This document shows positions 36,659 to 47,900 of a stretch of DNA of 64,000 bases, in pieces. The position numbers were made by a program, and so were the translations under genes. This stretch comes from Sinosporangium siamense. GTDB lineage: Bacteria; Actinomycetota; Actinomycetes; Streptosporangiales; Streptosporangiaceae. The stretch lies in the NCBI RefSeq assembly GCF_016863435.1, contig NZ_BOOW01000056.1, positions 16,717 through 80,716 on the forward strand. The letters are read 5' to 3'. A model generated the notes under the pieces. The model worked only from the letters and a program-made list of their open reading frames with translations, was not told where the DNA came from and ran no database searches. How positions within the stretch are numbered: position 1 is the first letter of the stretch; every line of letters begins with the position of its first letter.

Positions 36659-38422
36659 CTAGAAGCCCAGGGCCACCACACGCACGGCCACTGCGCACAC
36701 GGCGACGAACCCGCCGAGTACGGCGAAGGCCCGGAGACCGTCCCTGCGGAGCTCCGGCAACCTCGGGCCCACGCGTTCCAGCTCACGCCCGATGATCGCG
36801 CCGAAGACGATCCCGAACACCACGCCGGCGACCGTGACCGGCACCGGGCTCTCCACCCACCACGCGTGGTGCACTTGCGCACCTGAGGTGAGCCAGAGCG
36901 TGGCCCCGGCGGCCAATGCGGCGGGCACCCCCGGCCAGGCGATCGCGGTGACGAGCGAGGCGGCCAGAGACGCGGGGAAGCCGACGACACGCAGGAGCAG
37001 GCGCACCCGGGCCGATCTTCGTTTCCTGACCATCCAGTGCCCCATCCAGGTGGCTCTGGTGAGGGTTCCGAAGAGCGCGGTCACCGCGAACGTCGCCACC
37101 GGCCAGACCACCATCGCGACCACACAGGGCACGGCGAGCACCGCGAGGGTCATGAGCGTCGTGTTGCCCGCGGGCAGGGCCCCCACGTGGGAGGCGACCT
37201 GCCCGTCCGCCCCCGCCCGCCGCCGCCTCCGCACGCCGTCGGCGCCCGCCTCCGGGCGCCTGCGGCGGCGGGGCCGCGGCGTGTCGTCCGCGGACACCGC
37301 TACCGCGGCCTGCGCGGACGCCCCTTTAGGCGACGGCGCCCGCTGGACGGCGGCCTTGGGGGGCACGGACTTGGACGCCGCGGACTTTGGCACCGCCGCC
37401 TTGGGCGGCACCGATTTCGGCCCGGACTTCGAGGGTCCCGACTTTGGGGGCACGGATTTCGGGGGCACGGATTTCGGGGGCACCGTGCTCGTGGAGCCGG
37501 ATCGCGGGGATCCGTTCCTTGCGGCCGTGGCCTTGGCGGGGGGCGCCGCCGCGACCCTGCCCCGGCCGGCCGCCGTGTCGTCCTGTCTTCTGTGCGCCGG
37601 ATCGGCCACCCGCACCAGGCGGGTCAGGCGATCGGCCAGCACGGCGGCGGTCGGCCGTTTGACCGGCTCGCGGTGCAGCGCCGCGCGCACCAGCGGCAGC
37701 AGCGCGGCGGGCACGCCGGCCAGGTCGGCTTTGCCGTTCAGCACCGCGTACATCTGGGCTTCGGCCGTACCTCCGCCGAAGGTCGGGCGGCCGGTGGCGG
37801 CGAACGCGACGGTGGCCGCCCAGGCGTGTACGTCGGCGGGCTCGGCCACCTGCTCGTCGGCGAACAGCTCGGGTGCGGCGTAGCCGGGGGTGCCGAGGAA
37901 GGTGCCGGTCATGGTCAGCCGGGTCGCGTCCATGAGCTGGGCGATGCCGAAGTCGATCAGCACCGGCCCCTCAGTGCCCATGAGCACGTTGCCCGGCTTG
38001 AGGTCGCGGTGGATGACGCCGGCCGCGTGCACGATCGCGAGCGCCGCCGCCATGGCCTGGGCCAGCACCAGGAGTTCGGTGCCGGAGAGCGGCCCGTCGC
38101 GGCGCACGACGTCGAGGAGGGTGTCTCCCTCGATGTGCTGCATGACCAGATAGGGGCGGTCGCAGTCGAGATCGGCCCCGAGCACCCGGGTCACATAGGG
38201 ACTCTCAACCCGGCGAAGCGCTTGGACCTCGCGCTTTAGTCTTAATCGCGCGTCGGGGTCACTGTCGAGCGTGTCGCGCAGCATCTTGAGGGCGACCGGG
38301 TCGCCCTTTTTGCTCTGCGCGAGGTAAACCTCGCCCATGCCGCCTCGGCCAAGGCGCTCTAGCAGGGTGTAGGGGCCGACCCGGCCGAGCTTGCTCACGC
38401 TCCCCCTTGCCAGGTGGCTCAT
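36659..38422 (-). CDS. Serine/threonine protein kinase with Pro/Lys-rich linker and C-terminal TM helices
   Basis: Kinase subdomains (GRGGMGEVYLA, VALK, HRDLKPGNVLM, DFGIA, GTPGYAAPE). Repetitive SVPPK linker. Three to four C-terminal TM segments. Confidence 0.85.
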   Translation of the reverse strand: MSHLARGSVSKLGRVGPYTLLERLGRGGMGEVYLAQSKKGDPVALKMLRDTLDSDPDARLRLKREVQALRRVESPYVTRVLGADLDCDRPYLVMQHIEGDTLLDVVRRDGPLSGTELLVLAQAMAAALAIVHAAGVIHRDLKPGNVLMGTEGPVLIDFGIAQLMDATRLTMTGTFLGTPGYAAPELFADEQVAEPADVHAWAATVAFAATGRPTFGGGTAEAQMYAVLNGKADLAGVPAALLPLVRAALHREPVKRPTAAVLADRLTRLVRVADPAHRRQDDTAAGRGRVAAAPPAKATAARNGSPRSGSTSTVPPKSVPPKSVPPKSGPSKSGPKSVPPKAAVPKSAASKSVPPKAAVQRAPSPKGASAQAAVAVSADDTPRPRRRRRPEAGADGVRRRRRAGADGQVASHVGALPAGNTTLMTLAVLAVPCVVAMVVWPVATFAVTALFGTLTRATWMGHWMVRKRRSARVRLLLRVVGFPASLAASLVTAIAWPGVPAALAAGATLWLTSGAQVHHAWWVESPVPVTVAGVVFGIVFGAIIGRELERVGPRLPELRRDGLRAFAVLGGFVAVCAVAVRVVALGF

Positions 38423-38502
38423 GGTGCCAGCGCATCCACTGGGCACATAACCCTAGCGCGGGATCACCACTGGTATCAGAAGGCACGCCGTACACAAAAG
38501 AG

Positions 38503-39222
38503 TTATCTTGTCCCGGATCCTGACTCTCCACCTCGCGGGGGTTCGCCGTTCTCCCAGCGCGAGGGAGGCTCGTGGTCCGCCGTCCTTTCCCCCGGCGTCG
38601 CCGAAGGTGGCGGCACCACACGCGGCTCCTCTTCGCCCTCGGCGTGCTCCGCACCCGGCTCGGCCTCCTCGTAAGGACGCCTCTCGGCCGGTCTCGCCGC
38701 GGGCGGGGGCTCGGCAGGCTGGGTCGCGGTCGGCGGGGTGTACGGCACAGCCTCCTGCTCCGCCCGCCGCCGCTCGGCCTTGCGCCCGAAGATCAGATGG
38801 TCGAGGCTGATCCGCCCCGCACCCCCCGCGGCCAGCAGCAGCGCGGCCGAACCGAGAGCACCGACGAGTTCGAATCCGTTGTCCTGGACGAACACCCCGT
38901 TGCGCGCGTGCACGAAGACGAACGCCGCCAGCATGACCAGGAACAGCAGCACCCCGACCAGCGGCGTGAGCAGCCCAAGGATCAGCAGCACTCCGCCGAT
39001 CAGCTCGATGATCATCGTGATGGCCGCGGCGAAACCGGAGAGCGGAATGCCCGCCGCCGAGAACATCTCCGCAACGGCCGCGTGCCCACCGGCGACCTTC
39101 TGCCACCCGTGCGCGACGAAGACGATGCCGACGACGATCCTCGCGATCAGCGCCGCGATGTCGTAGAACCCGCGTCTCCCGCCGGGCTTCACGCCCGCGT
39201 TCGTGGCCATGTCCGACCTCAC
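38503..39222 (-). CDS. DoxX-family membrane protein with Pro/Glu-rich C-terminal tail
   Basis: DoxX-like four-helix core (IARIVVGIVFVAHGWQKV ... LLILGLLTPLVGVLLFLVML). Confidence 0.65.
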   Translation of the reverse strand: MRSDMATNAGVKPGGRRGFYDIAALIARIVVGIVFVAHGWQKVAGGHAAVAEMFSAAGIPLSGFAAAITMIIELIGGVLLILGLLTPLVGVLLFLVMLAAFVFVHARNGVFVQDNGFELVGALGSAALLLAAGGAGRISLDHLIFGRKAERRRAEQEAVPYTPPTATQPAEPPPAARPAERRPYEEAEPGAEHAEGEEEPRVVPPPSATPGERTADHEPPSRWENGEPPRGGESGSGTR

Positions 39223-39404
39223 AGCCGACGCGAGCCGTCGGCGAACAGCGCGTCGAGCCCGGTCTCGGGCACGGCCGACAGGTCATGCCGGCCGCTGCGC
39301 CGCCAGCGCAGATGGCCGCGACGCTCCAGCCCGAGCATCAGCCGGTCGGCGCCGAACAGGACGGCGACGACGCAGAGCAGGGTGACCACGATCTCCATGG
39401 TCAC
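39219..39404 (-). CDS. Small membrane protein (61 aa), translationally coupled upstream of the DoxX gene; tentative
   Basis: ATGA overlap with the DoxX start (39219-39222). One TM helix (IVVTLLCVVAVLFGA). Confidence 0.3.
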   Translation of the reverse strand: MTMEIVVTLLCVVAVLFGADRLMLGLERRGHLRWRRSGRHDLSAVPETGLDALFADGSRRL

Positions 39405-39483
39405 CAGTCAAACCTGACACCCCTCCGGTTACGCTACGCAAATCGCGAATACGGACGGTAATTTCTTAGTCAAAGTGACGGCG

Positions 39484-40773
39484 TTAGCTTCCCGAAGGTG
39501 CGATGACCGTGCCTTCGGCGGTGCGCAGGTGCCCCTCGCCCGTGTAGACCCACTTCGTCGAGGTCAGCTCGGGCAGCCCCATCGGCCCCCGGGCGTGCAG
39601 TTTCTGGGTGGAAATCCCGATCTCCGCCCCGAAGCCGAACTCCCCGCCGTCGGTGAACCGCGTCGAGGCGTTGACCGCCACCGCCGCCGAGTCGACCCGC
39701 GCCACGAACCGCCGGGCCGCCGCCTGAGAGCCGGTCACGATCGCGTCGGTGTGGGCCGACCCGTATTCCCTGATGTGCGCCACCGCCGCGTCGAGCGAGT
39801 CGACCACGGCCGCCGCAATGTCCAGCGAGATGTATTCCGTGCGGTAGTCCTCCTCCGTGGCCGGCACCACGGCATCGGAGAAGGCGGCCACACGCTCGTC
39901 GCCGTGCACGGTGACCCCGGCTTCGGCGAGCGCGGCGAGCGCGCGGGGCAGGAACTCCGCGGCGACGTCCGCGTGCACCAGCACGGTCTCGGCGGCGTTG
40001 CACACCGACGGCCGCTGCACCTTGGCGTTCATCAGGATGTGCAGCGCCATGTCGAGGTCCGCCGCGGCGTCGACGTAGACGTGGCAGTTGCCGACCCCGG
40101 TCTCGATCACCGGCACGGTGGACTCCTCGACCACCGCCTGGATCAGCGACGCCCCGCCCCGCGGGATGAGCACGTCGACCAGGCCGCGCGCCCGCATCAG
40201 GTGCTTGACCGAATCACGCGTGACACCCGGCACCAGCTGCACCGCCCCGGCCGGCACCTCGGTGCCCGCGAGCGCCTCACGCATCACCTTGACCAGCGCG
40301 GTGTTCGACTCGAAGGCACTGGAGGAGCCGCGCAGAAGCACCGCGTTGCCGCTCTTGAGGCAGAGCGCCGCGCCGTCCACGGTGACGTTGGGGCGGCCCT
40401 CGTAGATGATGCCGACCACACCGAGCGGCACCCGGAGCTGCCGCAGCTCCAGGCCGTTGGGCAGCGTGCCGCCCCTGATCACCTCACCCACCGGGTCGGG
40501 CAGCTCGGCGACCTCCCGCACGGCCTGGGCGATGGCCTTGACCCGGCCCTCGTCCAGCCGCAGCCGGTCGATCATGGTCTCGGCCGTGCCGCCCTCACCC
40601 GCCCGCTCCACGTCGCGGGCGTTGGCCGCGATGATCTCGGCGGAGCGCTCGACGAGGGCGTCGGCGATCACGCGAAGCGCGGCGTCCTTGGGGGCGCGGG
40701 GAAGCGGGCCGAGCAGCGCGGCCGCCTCGCGCGCCTCCCGTGCGACCTTCAGGAAGTCATTGGCGTCTGACAT
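39484..40773 (-). CDS. proA: Gamma-glutamyl phosphate reductase
   Basis: Full-length aldehyde-dehydrogenase-type ProA ([26 protein letters not shown], catalytic [19 protein letters not shown]). Confidence 0.95.
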   Translation of the reverse strand: MSDANDFLKVAREAREAAALLGPLPRAPKDAALRVIADALVERSAEIIAANARDVERAGEGGTAETMIDRLRLDEGRVKAIAQAVREVAELPDPVGEVIRGGTLPNGLELRQLRVPLGVVGIIYEGRPNVTVDGAALCLKSGNAVLLRGSSSAFESNTALVKVMREALAGTEVPAGAVQLVPGVTRDSVKHLMRARGLVDVLIPRGGASLIQAVVEESTVPVIETGVGNCHVYVDAAADLDMALHILMNAKVQRPSVCNAAETVLVHADVAAEFLPRALAALAEAGVTVHGDERVAAFSDAVVPATEEDYRTEYISLDIAAAVVDSLDAAVAHIREYGSAHTDAIVTGSQAAARRFVARVDSAAVAVNASTRFTDGGEFGFGAEIGISTQKLHARGPMGLPELTSTKWVYTGEGHLRTAEGTVIAPSGS

Positions 40774-40815
40774 GGCCTATCGCTCCTCGGTGAACCCCTT
40801 AAGCAGGGGAAACGA

Positions 40816-41946
40816 TCAGTGGTGCGCCTCAAGTATGACGATGTCGTCCCGGTGAATCAGTTCACGCTCATATTCCGGACCGAGCTCCGTCGCGAGCTCC
40901 CTGGTGGACCGGCCCAGCAGGTCGGGAATCTCCCCCGCGTCGAAGTTGACCAGCCCCCTCGCCACCACACGCCCGACCGGCGCGCAGAGATCGACGGGGT
41001 CGCCGGCCGCGAAATCACCCTCGACCGCCGTCACCCCCGCAGGAAGCAGCGACTTGCGCCGCCCCACGACGGCCTCCACGGCGCCGCTGTCGAGGTGCAG
41101 CCTCCCGCGCCCCGTAGTGGCGTGCGCGAGCCAGAGCAGCCTCGTGCCGGGGTGGCGGCCCCCGGGGTGGAAGTAGGTGCCGACGTCGGCTCCGGCCAGC
41201 GCCTGGGCGGCGTGAGCGGCCGCCGTCAGCACCACCGGCACCCCCGCCCCGGTCGCGATGCGCGCCGCCTGCACCTTGGTGATCATCCCGCCTGTGCCCA
41301 CGGCCCCCGACCGGCCGAGTTCGACCCCCACGAGGTCGGCCGGCCCGGTGATCTCCGCGAGCCTGCGAGACTCCGGCTTGCGCGGATCACCGGTGTAGAG
41401 CGCGTCCACATCGGACAGCAACACCAGCGCGTCCGCGTGGATCAAATGCGCCACTAGCGCCGCCAGCCTGTCGTTGTCCCCAAATCTGATCTCGTCTGTG
41501 GCAACCGTGTCGTTCTCGTTGACGACCGGCACGATGCCGAGCTCCAGCAGCCGCGCCAAGGTGCGCTGGGCGTTGCGGTGATGCGACCGGCGCATCATGT
41601 CGTCCGCGGTGAGCAACACCTGCCCCACCCGCAGCCCATACCGGGCGAACGACGAGGTGTAGCGCGCGACCAGCACGCCCTGGCCCACCGACGCGGCGGC
41701 CTGCTGAGTGGCGAGATCCCGCGGCCGCGCCGCCAGCCCCAACGGCCCGAGCCCCGCCGCGATCGCCCCCGACGAGACCAGCACGATCTGCGTGCCGGTG
41801 CGGCGGCGCGCGGCCAGCACATCGACCAGCGCGTCGACCCGGTCGACGTCGATGACGCCACTCGCCGTCGTCAACGACGAGGACCCGACCTTCACGACCA
41901 GACGCGACGCCGAACCAACCAAACCACGCGGTGTCACGCCCGCCAC
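40816..41946 (-). CDS. proB: Glutamate 5-kinase with PUA domain
   Basis: LVVKVGSSSLT, VLVSSGAIAAG, FGDNDRLAALVA, C-terminal PUA (GDPVDL...). Confidence 0.95.
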   Translation of the reverse strand: MAGVTPRGLVGSASRLVVKVGSSSLTTASGVIDVDRVDALVDVLAARRRTGTQIVLVSSGAIAAGLGPLGLAARPRDLATQQAAASVGQGVLVARYTSSFARYGLRVGQVLLTADDMMRRSHHRNAQRTLARLLELGIVPVVNENDTVATDEIRFGDNDRLAALVAHLIHADALVLLSDVDALYTGDPRKPESRRLAEITGPADLVGVELGRSGAVGTGGMITKVQAARIATGAGVPVVLTAAAHAAQALAGADVGTYFHPGGRHPGTRLLWLAHATTGRGRLHLDSGAVEAVVGRRKSLLPAGVTAVEGDFAAGDPVDLCAPVGRVVARGLVNFDAGEIPDLLGRSTRELATELGPEYERELIHRDDIVILEAHH

Positions 41947-42289
41947 CTGTTCCCTTCCGTTACCCGATCACCAAACCCCACACCCCACGCAAACACGCGA
42001 ACCCCCACCGTCCAAGCAGACCGCCCCGGCCCTGCGCGCCGCCCAAGCGAAGGAGCCACCGCGGCGTCCGACAAGTACGGCAGCAGCCCACGCAAGCACG
42101 ACCGTCCACACAGCCCGCACACCCCACCGGCACAGCGAGACGCCACACACCCACAGGCGACACCCAGGCCACCCAACCGCCCGGCACGGACAACCAGCCC
42201 AGCCGCCGACCGCCATGGCCCCGGCCCCGCGGGCCGCTCAGGCGAGGGAGCCACTGCGGCCACCACCCTTGTTCGCAAAACCGACGCCC

Positions 42290-42640
42290 CCGCGACATTC
42301 CCGCGTGAGCGGGCTGCCAAGGCCGGTCGCGAGCCGGGCACCCACCGCGCCCTGCCGGCGTAGCCCTCAGGCGCCGCGGTGGCCACCGCCGTAGGCGAAG
42401 CCGGCGCACCCTGCGCCCACCCCGCGAAACCCCCACGCGAGCGGGCCACCAACGCCACCTCCAGCGGCTGCGAAGCCCACACGTCTCGCAGGTGGGCCGC
42501 CCCCGCCGTATACGAAACCGGCGCACCCTGCGCCCACCCCGCGAAACCCCCACGCGAGCGGGCCACCAAAACTGCCTCCACCGGCTGCGAAACCGGCGCA
42601 CCCTGCGCCCGCCCCGCCGACGCCCCGGGTGGGTTTGCCG
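42290..42640. repeat. Intergenic tandem direct repeat, ~114-bp unit, about 2.5-3 copies (MIRU/VNTR-like)
   Basis: Motif ccggcgcaccctgcgcccaccccgcgaaacccccacgcgagcgggccaccaa recurs at ~42406 and ~42520, with a degenerate third copy at ~42590. The minus-strand pseudo-ORF shows the repeated peptide ARSRGGFAGWAQGAP. Confidence 0.7.
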
Positions 42641-42685
42641 GCGTGCGGGGCTTCCGCCGTACGGGGTGTCTTGGGGTCGGCACTG

Positions 42686-44053
42686 TCAGCCGATCCTGTT
42701 GTCGGTGCCGCGGGGGCCCGAGTGGTGGGCCTCGGCGTTGAGGGTGGGGGCCCAGTCGAAGACGTAGCCGCCCTCCATGGGGCCGATGACCACCACCGCG
42801 CCGGCGACGGCGCCCTGCTTGGTGAGGGCCTGCTCGATGCCGAGGCGTTCGAGGCGGTCGGCGAGGTAGCCCACGGCCTCGTCGTTGGTGAAGTCGGTCT
42901 GGCGGATCCAGCGCTCGGGTTTGTCGCCGGTCACCTGGAAGCTGTTCTCCCCGGTGCGGCGGATCTCGAAGTCGGCGGCGCCGAGCTGCTTGGGACGGAT
43001 CACCAGGCGGGTGGGCTCCTCGACGGGGGCCGACTCCCGGTGGGCGGCGACCATGGCGCCCATGGCGAACGACACCTCGCGCAGACCCTCGTGGCTCGCG
43101 GCGGAGATCGTGAAGACCTGCAGGCCGCGCTCCTCCAGCATGGGCGTGACGATCTCGGCGAGCTCACGCGCGTCGGGCACGTCGGCCTTATTGAGCACGA
43201 CGAGCCGGGGGCGGTCGTCGAGGGCGCCGTAGGCCGCGAGCTCGGCCTCGATCACGTCGAAGTCGCTGAGGGGGTCACGGCCGGGCTCCAGCGTCGCGCA
43301 GTCGAGCACGTGCACGATCGTGGAGCAGCGCTCGACGTGGCGGAGGAACTCGTGGCCGAGGCCCTTGCCCTCGGAGGCGCCGGGGATGAGCCCGGGCACG
43401 TCGGCGACGGTGAAGACGGTCTCGCCCGCCGTGACCACGCCGAGGTTGGGGATCAGGGTGGTGAACGGATAATCCGCGATCTTGGGCCGGGCCGCGCTCA
43501 AAGCCGCGACCAGGGACGATTTCCCGGCATTGGGGAATCCGACGAGCGCGATGTCGGCGACGGTCTTGAGCTCGAGCACCACGTCAAGGGCGTCGCCGGG
43601 CTCGCCGAGCAGCGCGAATCCGGGGGCTTTGCGCTTGGTGGAGGCGAGGGCGGCGTTGCCGAGCCCGCCGAAACCCCCCTGGGCGACGATATAACGTGTG
43701 CCGACGCCGATCAGGTCGACGAGCACCTCGCCTGAGTCGGCGTTTTTGACCACGGTGCCGTTGGGCACGGAAAGCACGATGTCCTCGCCGCCCGCCCCGT
43801 CGCGGTTGCCGCCCTGGCCCTGCTTGCCGTTGGCCGCCTTGCGGTATGGACGCCGGTGATAGTCGAGCAGCGTCGAGGTGTTGGGGTCGACCTCAAGCAC
43901 CACGTCGCCGCCTCGGCCGCCGTTGCCCCCGTCGGGGCCGCCGAGCGGCTTGAACTTCTCCCGGTGAACCGAGGCGCAGCCGTGGCCACCGTCACCGGCC
44001 TTGATGTGCAGGACTACTTGATCGACGAAGTCCGCCACCAGGCCCCCTCTCAT
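42686..44053 (-). CDS. obgE: GTPase Obg/CgtA
   Basis: Obg fold Gly-rich N-terminus ([15 protein letters not shown]...[12 protein letters not shown]). G-domain ([24 protein letters not shown]). C-terminal TGS-like domain. Confidence 0.95.
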   Translation of the reverse strand: MRGGLVADFVDQVVLHIKAGDGGHGCASVHREKFKPLGGPDGGNGGRGGDVVLEVDPNTSTLLDYHRRPYRKAANGKQGQGGNRDGAGGEDIVLSVPNGTVVKNADSGEVLVDLIGVGTRYIVAQGGFGGLGNAALASTKRKAPGFALLGEPGDALDVVLELKTVADIALVGFPNAGKSSLVAALSAARPKIADYPFTTLIPNLGVVTAGETVFTVADVPGLIPGASEGKGLGHEFLRHVERCSTIVHVLDCATLEPGRDPLSDFDVIEAELAAYGALDDRPRLVVLNKADVPDARELAEIVTPMLEERGLQVFTISAASHEGLREVSFAMGAMVAAHRESAPVEEPTRLVIRPKQLGAADFEIRRTGENSFQVTGDKPERWIRQTDFTNDEAVGYLADRLERLGIEQALTKQGAVAGAVVVIGPMEGGYVFDWAPTLNAEAHHSGPRGTDNRIG

Positions 44054-44194
44054 ATAGGAACAGGGGTGGATCGCACATGCGATCCACCCCTGCGAAGAAA
44101 CGTCTCTCGTCGCCGAACCGGTCTCGGCTGGACACCGATCTCAGTCAGGCACTGATCTCAGCTAAGCACTGATCTCAGTCGGACAGGTCTCAGT

Positions 44195-44449
44195 TCACGC
44201 GACGGGAACGATGCTCACCGCGCGACGACCGCGCTTGCGGCCGAACTCGACGTGGCCGGCGGACAGGGCGAACAGCGTGTCGTCGCTGCCCCGGCCGACG
44301 TTGTCGCCCGGGTGGAAGTGCGTGCCACGCTGCCGGACGATGATCTCGCCGGCCTTCACAAGCTGGCCACCGAAGCGCTTGACGCCAAGGCGCTGAGCGT
44401 TGGAGTCACGGCCGTTCCGGGTGGACGATGCGCCCTTTTTATGTGCCAT
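44195..44449 (-). CDS. rpmA: 50S ribosomal protein L27
   Basis: [29 protein letters not shown]... is the canonical L27. Confidence 0.95.
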   Translation of the reverse strand: MAHKKGASSTRNGRDSNAQRLGVKRFGGQLVKAGEIIVRQRGTHFHPGDNVGRGSDDTLFALSAGHVEFGRKRGRRAVSIVPVA

Positions 44450-44462
44450 CTCAAACTCCCGA

Positions 44463-44765
44463 TCAGGCCTGGTCGATGCCGGTGATCTTCACCTGGGTGT
44501 AACGCTGACGGTGACCCTGGCGCTTCTTGTAACCGGTCTTGTTCTTGTATTTGAGGATGCGGATCTTCGGCCCCTTGGTCTCACCGAGAATCTCGGCGGT
44601 GACCGTGAACCGGCCGGCCTCCGTGGTCACGTCGCCACCGTTGACGACGAGCAACGTGGGCAGCAACACCGAGGAACCGACCTCGCCGGCGACCCTGTCC
44701 ACCTCAAGGACGTCACCGACGGAGACCTTCTGCTGCCTGCCGCCGCAACGAACGATCGCGTACAC
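44463..44765 (-). CDS. rplU: 50S ribosomal protein L21
   Basis: [24 protein letters not shown]... is the canonical L21. Confidence 0.95.
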   Translation of the reverse strand: MYAIVRCGGRQQKVSVGDVLEVDRVAGEVGSSVLLPTLLVVNGGDVTTEAGRFTVTAEILGETKGPKIRILKYKNKTGYKKRQGHRQRYTQVKITGIDQA

Positions 44766-44948
44766 CGCGGAACCCTTCTTCTGACTACGTGCTCGCTGGA
44801 TGCTGCGCCCCGCATCCGGCTGCTGTCTTAATCAAAGACCGACGAACCGGGTAGACGCGCGAACGGGCACGCCACCAGACGCACCGGTTGGCAAGGATAC
44901 CGGAAGACGGGAACCCAAGCGAACCGGACGGATCATCGGCTGTCAGCA

Positions 44949-47900
44949 CTAGTCGGCCGACTTAGCTCGACGGGAGCGTCGCCGCCCCCTGCCGGAGGTC
45001 TGTTCGGCTCGGGAGTCTTCATCAGAGGCATCCCCGAGCGCACCTGTCACAGTATCACGGCCAGCCTGATCAGTGGCCGCGGAAACCTTCTCCGAGACCG
45101 CCTTCTCGATGGCCATCTTGCCCTGTGTACCACGGGGTTCCGGCTTTCCGTCGACCGGCTCGGTCGACAGGATGAGCCCCCGCCCGTTACAGCAGTCACA
45201 GGCCGTGGAGAACGCCTCAAGAAGCCCCTGACCCACCCTCTTACGGGTCATCTGCACGAGCCCCAGCGAGGTGACCTCGGCCACCTGGTGCTTGGTCCTG
45301 TCACGGGCCAGGCATTCGAGCAGGCGCCGCAGCACGAGGTCGCGGTTGCTCTCCAGCACCATGTCGATGAAGTCGATCACGATGATGCCGCCGATGTCGC
45401 GCAACCTGAGCTGGCGGACGATCTCCTCGGCCGCCTCCAGGTTGTTGCGGGTGACGGTCTCCTCCAGGTTGCCGCCCTGGCCGGTGAACTTGCCGGTGTT
45501 GACGTCCACCACCGTCATCGCCTCTGTGCGGTCGATGACGAGGGAGCCGCCGCTCGGCAGCCACACCTTGCGCTCAAGGGCCTTGGCGATCTGCTCGTCC
45601 ACGCGGTAGGCGGCGAAGACGTCGCCGTCGTCCTCCCACCGCGTCAGGCGGTCGCCCAGATGCGGGGCGACGTAGCTGACGTATTCCTCGACCGTGCCCC
45701 ACGCCTCTTCTCCCTGCACGACCAGGGAGGAGAAGTCCTCGTTGAAGACGTCTCTGACCACCCGGACCGTCAGGTCCGGCTCGGAGTAGAGCAGCTCGGG
45801 CGGGCTCGCCGACTTGGACTTGCGCTGGATGTTCTCCCACTGCGCCGACAGGCGGGCCACATCGCGGCTGAGCTCGTCCTCCGAGGCTCCCTCTGCCGCC
45901 GTGCGCACAATCACACCGGCGTTCTCGGGCATGACCTTCTTGAGGATGCTCTTGAGCCTGGTGCGCTCCTTGTCGGGCAGCTTGCGGCTGATGCCGGTCA
46001 TCGACCCGTCGGGCACGTAGACGAGGTAACGGCCCGGCAGGCTGATCTGGCTCGTCAGCCGGGCGCCCTTGTGGCCCATCGGGTCCTTGGTGACCTGCAC
46101 CAGCACCGACTGGCCCGACTTCAGCGCCGACTCGATGCGCTTCGGCTGGCCCTCCAGGCCCGCGGTGTCGAAGTTCACCTCACCGGCGTAGAGCACAGCG
46201 TTGCGGCCCTTGCCGACGTCGATGAACGCCGCCTCCATCGAGGGCAGGACGTTCTGCACCTTGCCCAGATAGACGTTGCCGACGTAGGACTGGCTGGACT
46301 CGCGGTCGACGTAGTGCTCGACGAGCACGCCGTCCTCAAGCACGGCGATCTGCGTGCGGCCACCGGTCCTCCGCACGACCATGACGCGCTCGACCGACTC
46401 GCGGCGGGCCAGGAACTCCGACTCGGTGATGATCGGCGGACGCCTGCGCCCCAGCTCACGCCCCTCGCGGCGGCGCTGCTTCTTGGCCTCCAGGCGGGTC
46501 GACCCGCGCACGCTCTGCACCTCGTCGACCGTCGACAGGCGGCCGACGCGCGGCGCGCGGATGCGCACCACCGTGTTCGGCGGGTCGTCGGCGGCGGGCT
46601 CGGCCCCGTCGTCCGCGCCCCTGCGGCGGCGGCGACGGCGCCTGCGGGATCCGACACCCGCGTCCTCGTCCGCGTCGGCCTCTGGCTCCTCAGCCTCCTC
46701 GGCGACCGGCTCCTCGGCGGCGACGTGCTGCTCCGCGTCCTCCGCGGACTCGTCCTCGGCCCCCTCGTCGCGATCACGCGCCCGGCCCCGGCCCCTGCCG
46801 CCCCTGCGGCGGCGCCGGCGGCGGCCCGCGAGGTCTTCGCCCTCGGAGTCGAAATCGTCGTCGTCGCCCTCGTCGGCCACCTCGGGCTCCGGCTCGCGCA
46901 CCACGGGCTCCTGCCGCTCCTCGCGCGTCGGGCGCGGCGGCTCGGCCATGAACGGGTCCGGTGCCTGGAACAGCGGCGTGAACACCGCCGACGGCGGCTG
47001 GAAGGCGGGTGCGGGAGCCACGAGGTTCTCGTGCGCGGCGAACCCGAACGGGTCGGAGAACAACCGGGTCCGGCCGGGCGCCTCCTCCCGGGCGGACAGG
47101 TCGAGGTCGTCCTCGTCGAGGTCCTCGCCGGGCAGCTCCCCGTCGAGCGGCTCGTCCTTCAGCTCCTCGACCTCGTCGGCCTCGGTCTCGGCCTCGAATT
47201 CGGTGGAGCGTTCCCCGGCGGTCCTGCGCCGGGTACGGCGACGCGCGGTCGGCCTCTCCACCGCCTCGTCGGCGGACTCCGCGGCGGTGACCTCGGCGAC
47301 GTCACTCTCGGTGACGGTGTCTTCCGCGACGGCGGGCTCGGCCGTGAGATCGGCCGCGGTGCCGTTGAGGGCGGGGTCGGCTGCCTTCGCGCGGGTCGCA
47401 CGAGTGGTGCGTGTGGCTCGGGTGGCCCGGGTGGAACGTGTGCGAGACGCGGGGGCCTCGGCGGCCTCGGCCGGGCTCTCGGTGGCCTCGGCGACGGACT
47501 CGTCCGTCGTCACCGTGGTCTCCTCGGCGCTCACCGCCTCCTCGGTGTCGGCCTTCTTCGCACGGGTGCGCCGCGCCGTGGTGGTGGCCGTGGAGGTCGT
47601 GGCCCGGCGGCGTGTGCGCTTGGGCGCCTCCTCCGCGGGTGCCTCGACGGCGTCGGCCTCGGCCGGCGCGGCGGGCGGTCCTGCGGCCAGGGAGGCGGCT
47701 GTGCCGTTGCCCGTCGTGGCCGGCACCGCGGGGGCCTCCTCGGTGTCGAGGGAGGCCGAACCGGCGGCTCGCGTCGAACGGGTCGAGCGGCTCACCCGGG
47801 TGGCGGAGGCGCGTACATAACCGGCCGAAGTGCCCGCCGAGCGGGTCGACGGGCCGGCCTGGGCGGAAACCGCCGCTTCGGGCTCGGTCTCCTCGGGGGG

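Noticed and set aside
41934-42683. 249-aa minus-strand ORF with repeated ARSRGGFAGWAQGAP peptide
   Set aside because: Lies in the proB–obg intergenic region. The peptide repeat simply mirrors the DNA tandem repeat. No start context. Treated as non-coding repeat.
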